This document shows, one piece after another, positions 61,500 through 64,000 of a stretch of 64,000 nt of DNA. Source of the stretch: Bacilli bacterium. GTDB lineage: Bacteria > Bacillota_I > Bacilli_A > RFN20 > CAG-826. The stretch is from assembly GCA_017450325.1 (NCBI GenBank), contig JAFSVB010000087.1, positions 8,407 through 72,406 on the forward strand, given 5' to 3'. Every line of letters begins with the position of its first letter. The first letter of the stretch is position 1. Under the pieces are notes generated by a model. The model worked only from the letters and a program-made list of their open reading frames with translations. It was not told the DNA's origin and made no database searches. A program made the translations under genes and the position numbers.

Positions 61500-62342
61500 A
61501 TGGCAAATTACCTAAACGACCATTTCACGGGCGAACGCGCCTTGTTCAAAATATCCGACGCCTACATCGAGTCGTGCTTGTTCGACGATGGGGAATCCCC
61601 TTTGAAGGAAGGGACGAACCTCGACGTCGTCCATTGTACCTTCGGCTACAAGTATCCTCTATGGTATGGAGAGGGCATCCAAGTCGTGGATTCTTTCTTC
61701 CAACCGCTTTCCCGCGCGGGGGTTTGGTATACGAAAAACGCCGCGTTCCGCCGTTGCCAATTCGATGCGCCGAAGCTCTTCCGCAAATGCGAGAACCTGC
61801 AGATATCCGACGCTGAATTCACCGATGCGGCCGAGACTTTATGGTGGAACGTCGGCGTCAAGATCGACACTGCCATCGTCAATAAGGGCGACTATTTTGG
61901 AATGCGTTGCAAAAACGTCGTCATCGATCATCTCGATTTGCAAGGCAATTACGCCTTTGATGGATGCGAAAACCTCGTCATCACCAATTCCGTCCTTAGG
62001 ACCAAGGACGCTTTCTGGAACTGCAAGAACGTCCGCGTCGAGAATAGTTTCATCGAAGGTGAGTACTTCGGATGGAACTCCGAGGACGTGACGCTCGTGC
62101 ATTGCGAAATCCATTCTCATCAGGGATTTTGCTACATGAAGAACGTCAAACTCGTGGATTGCCGCCTCGTCGACACCGACCTCGCGTTCGAGTATTGCTC
62201 CGACATCGATGCGGAAATCCTCACCGACGTCACCTCCATCAAGAACCCGATTTCGGGCAAAATCACCTGCAAGAACGTCGGTGACATCATCTTTGATGAC
62301 CCTGAAATCGACCCCAAAGGAACCACCATCATCCATGAGTGA
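61500..62342 (+). CDS. Hypothetical protein with parallel beta-helix-like repeats (DUF3737-like)
   Basis: Repeating about 22-aa units of pattern C.N..I..S.F.G... Confidence 0.5.
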   Translation: MANYLNDHFTGERALFKISDAYIESCLFDDGESPLKEGTNLDVVHCTFGYKYPLWYGEGIQVVDSFFQPLSRAGVWYTKNAAFRRCQFDAPKLFRKCENLQISDAEFTDAAETLWWNVGVKIDTAIVNKGDYFGMRCKNVVIDHLDLQGNYAFDGCENLVITNSVLRTKDAFWNCKNVRVENSFIEGEYFGWNSEDVTLVHCEIHSHQGFCYMKNVKLVDCRLVDTDLAFEYCSDIDAEILTDVTSIKNPISGKITCKNVGDIIFDDPEIDPKGTTIIHE

Positions 62343-63501
62343 ATTCGATGAGCTCGTCGACCGTCGTGGCAGCGGGTCCATCAAGTGGGCGGTCGAGGAC
62401 GGCGAACTCCCCATGTGGGTCGCCGATATGGACTTCAAGGCCCCGGAATGCGTCCGAAGCGCATTGGCAAAGCGCGTCGAGCATGGCGTCTTTGGCTATT
62501 GTGAGCCCGACCAATCCTGGCGCGACGCCTATGTGAGCTTCTACCACGACCTCTTCAACTGGAATATCAATGGCGAAGATCTCATCTTCGTTCTTGGCGT
62601 CGTCGCGGCTTGCTCCTCTTCGGTGCGCGCTTTGACGGAAGTAGGGGATAAAGTCGTGGTCTTCCCGCCCGTTTACAACATCTTCTATAACTCGATTCTC
62701 AATAGCCATCGCGAAGCGGTTGAAGTGCCCCTTCTCTATCATGGTGGCGCCTATAGCCTCGACTTCGAATCCATCGAGCGCGCTTTTTCGGATGAGAAGA
62801 CGAAGCTCTGCATTTTCTGTAACCCGCATAACCCCGTTGGGAAAATCTATTCCATAGAGGAGCTTAAGCATCTTGCGGATTTAGCGAGAAAGCACGGCGT
62901 CTATATCCTTTCCGATGAGATTCATGGCCCCGTCGCGGTCCCCCCAAAGCGTTATGTGCCCTTCCTCTCCATCCCTGGTGTCGAGGATGTCGTCTATGCC
63001 GCCTTCTCGCCGACGAAGGCCTTTAACCTCGCGGGCATCCACACGGCCGCCCTATGCATCCCAAACAAGCAGATTCGCGCGAAAGTCGAGCGTCGCATCA
63101 ATACCGATGAAGTGGCGGAGCCCAATGTCTTCTCCTGCGTCGCGAGCATCGCCGCGCTTAGCCAGGGTCGGCAGTGGCTTGAGAACATGAACCATTACGT
63201 GGCAGAAAACCGTAAATACGCGGAGGATTTCATCGCAAAGAACATTCCGTCGCTTCACGTAGTCCATGGCGAAGCGACGTATCTTCTATGGGTCGATTGT
63301 CGCGATATTTGTCCTGATGGCAAAGAATTCGCGGCGTTTTTGCGGAGAAAAACGGGCCTTTTCATCTCCGGGGGAGAAGCTTATGGCAAAGGCGGGGAAG
63401 GATTCGTCCGCATTAATCTCGCCGCTCCCCGTTCCCGCGTCGAGGATGGTATGTCGCGCCTTAGGAATGGTGCTAAGATGTATCTAGAAGAAAAGGAGTG
63501 A
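62335..63501 (+). CDS. patB: PLP-dependent C-S lyase (MalY/PatB cystathionine beta-lyase family)
   Basis: MSEFDELVDRRGSGSIKW N-terminus. PLP-Lys SPTKAFNLAG. Confidence 0.85.
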   Translation: MSEFDELVDRRGSGSIKWAVEDGELPMWVADMDFKAPECVRSALAKRVEHGVFGYCEPDQSWRDAYVSFYHDLFNWNINGEDLIFVLGVVAACSSSVRALTEVGDKVVVFPPVYNIFYNSILNSHREAVEVPLLYHGGAYSLDFESIERAFSDEKTKLCIFCNPHNPVGKIYSIEELKHLADLARKHGVYILSDEIHGPVAVPPKRYVPFLSIPGVEDVVYAAFSPTKAFNLAGIHTAALCIPNKQIRAKVERRINTDEVAEPNVFSCVASIAALSQGRQWLENMNHYVAENRKYAEDFIAKNIPSLHVVHGEATYLLWVDCRDICPDGKEFAAFLRRKTGLFISGGEAYGKGGEGFVRINLAAPRSRVEDGMSRLRNGAKMYLEEKE

Positions 63502-63506
63502 CCAAT

Positions 63507-63923
63507 ATGGAAACGAAAAAGAAACCCGTGGCCTCCTCCGTGATCGTGGGCGTGTTGCTTGCAGTTGGGATCTTCGCCTTGACCTTCGCTTTGTCCTTGA
63601 CCAACGCCGTCCGCGTCGAGATCGTCCAAAATGCCGCCAAAGCAGCCGAATCGAGTTCCAGCAGTTCGCAAACCGCCGGCCAAGCCGTCGGCGGGGCCTT
63701 CGCGACGGCTCTAGGAATGAGCTTCGGCATCGTCATCCTCGCGGGGTTAGGCATCATGTTCTATGGTGGCGTATTCGTCGTGGGAATCATCGGATTCATC
63801 CTCTCCTTGAACCGCTTCCGGGCACAAGAAGGCAAAGCGCGCATCTACTTCCTCATCATGTTCATCGCAAACTGTGTGCTCCTTGTGGGAGGCATCGCGG
63901 GAACCGTTTGGCTGATCGTGTAA
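63507..63923 (+). CDS. Small membrane protein (about 4 TM helices)
   Basis: RBS AAGGAG lies 8 nt before the ATG at 63507. Confidence 0.5.
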   Translation: METKKKPVASSVIVGVLLAVGIFALTFALSLTNAVRVEIVQNAAKAAESSSSSSQTAGQAVGGAFATALGMSFGIVILAGLGIMFYGGVFVVGIIGFILSLNRFRAQEGKARIYFLIMFIANCVLLVGGIAGTVWLIV

Positions 63924-63940
63924 ATCTAAGAGAAAGAAAA

Positions 63941-63973
63941 ATGCCAGTCACGAATTCGCGGCTGGCATTTTTT
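63941..63973 (+). terminator. Rho-independent terminator
   Basis: ATGCCAG-N14-CTGGCAT followed by TTTTTT. Confidence 0.75.
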
Positions 63974-64000
63974 GATGGTTTATCGCGATTAGGCGATGGC

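Overview
This 64 kb window reads as a core chromosomal segment of a Gram-positive, Firmicutes- or Mollicutes-related bacterium (roughly 55% GC by eye). It is densely coding, with many ATGA-type start/stop overlaps between neighbouring genes.

Gene content, in order:
- A giant acidic protein (5' partial), then YigZ/IMPACT and a Xaa-Pro aminopeptidase.
- A glpK operon with three tightly coupled unknown ORFs. The last is an N-terminal STAS domain fused to a protein-kinase-like domain.
- A convergent HAD (YihX-like) hydrolase and a TGS–uridine kinase fusion.
- A PPi-type 6-phosphofructokinase.
- A complete F1Fo ATP synthase operon (atpI-like, B, E, F, H, A, G, D, C). AtpF carries a lipoprotein-type signal. 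The c-subunit has a two-carboxylate, Na+-like ion-site signature.
- An ATP-grasp enzyme, then an rqcH – kinase-like – thioredoxin-like lipoprotein operon.
- The gmk–priA–rsmB–rlmN–stp–prkC–rpe cluster. It lacks rpoZ, def, fmt and rsgA. Its RsmB has lost both catalytic cysteines.
- rpmB, glgC-glgD-glgA, leuS, a Ser-rich lipoprotein, coaX plus an ECF S-component, pepV, trmB.
- A LacI/CcpA-like regulator with a palindromic operator, then groES-groEL behind a CIRCE element.
- An esterase, a Sel1-repeat protein, gpx, a PHP phosphoesterase, tyrS, a DUF362 protein, flotillin, rpsD with a long leader, an ICMT/DUF1295-like membrane protein.
- ezrA, a NifS-like cysteine desulfurase, thiI, a beta-helix repeat protein, a PatB/MalY lyase.

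I found no rRNA, tRNA, CRISPR, IS element or prophage signal. All homology calls come from reading the translations against remembered family motifs; no database search was run.
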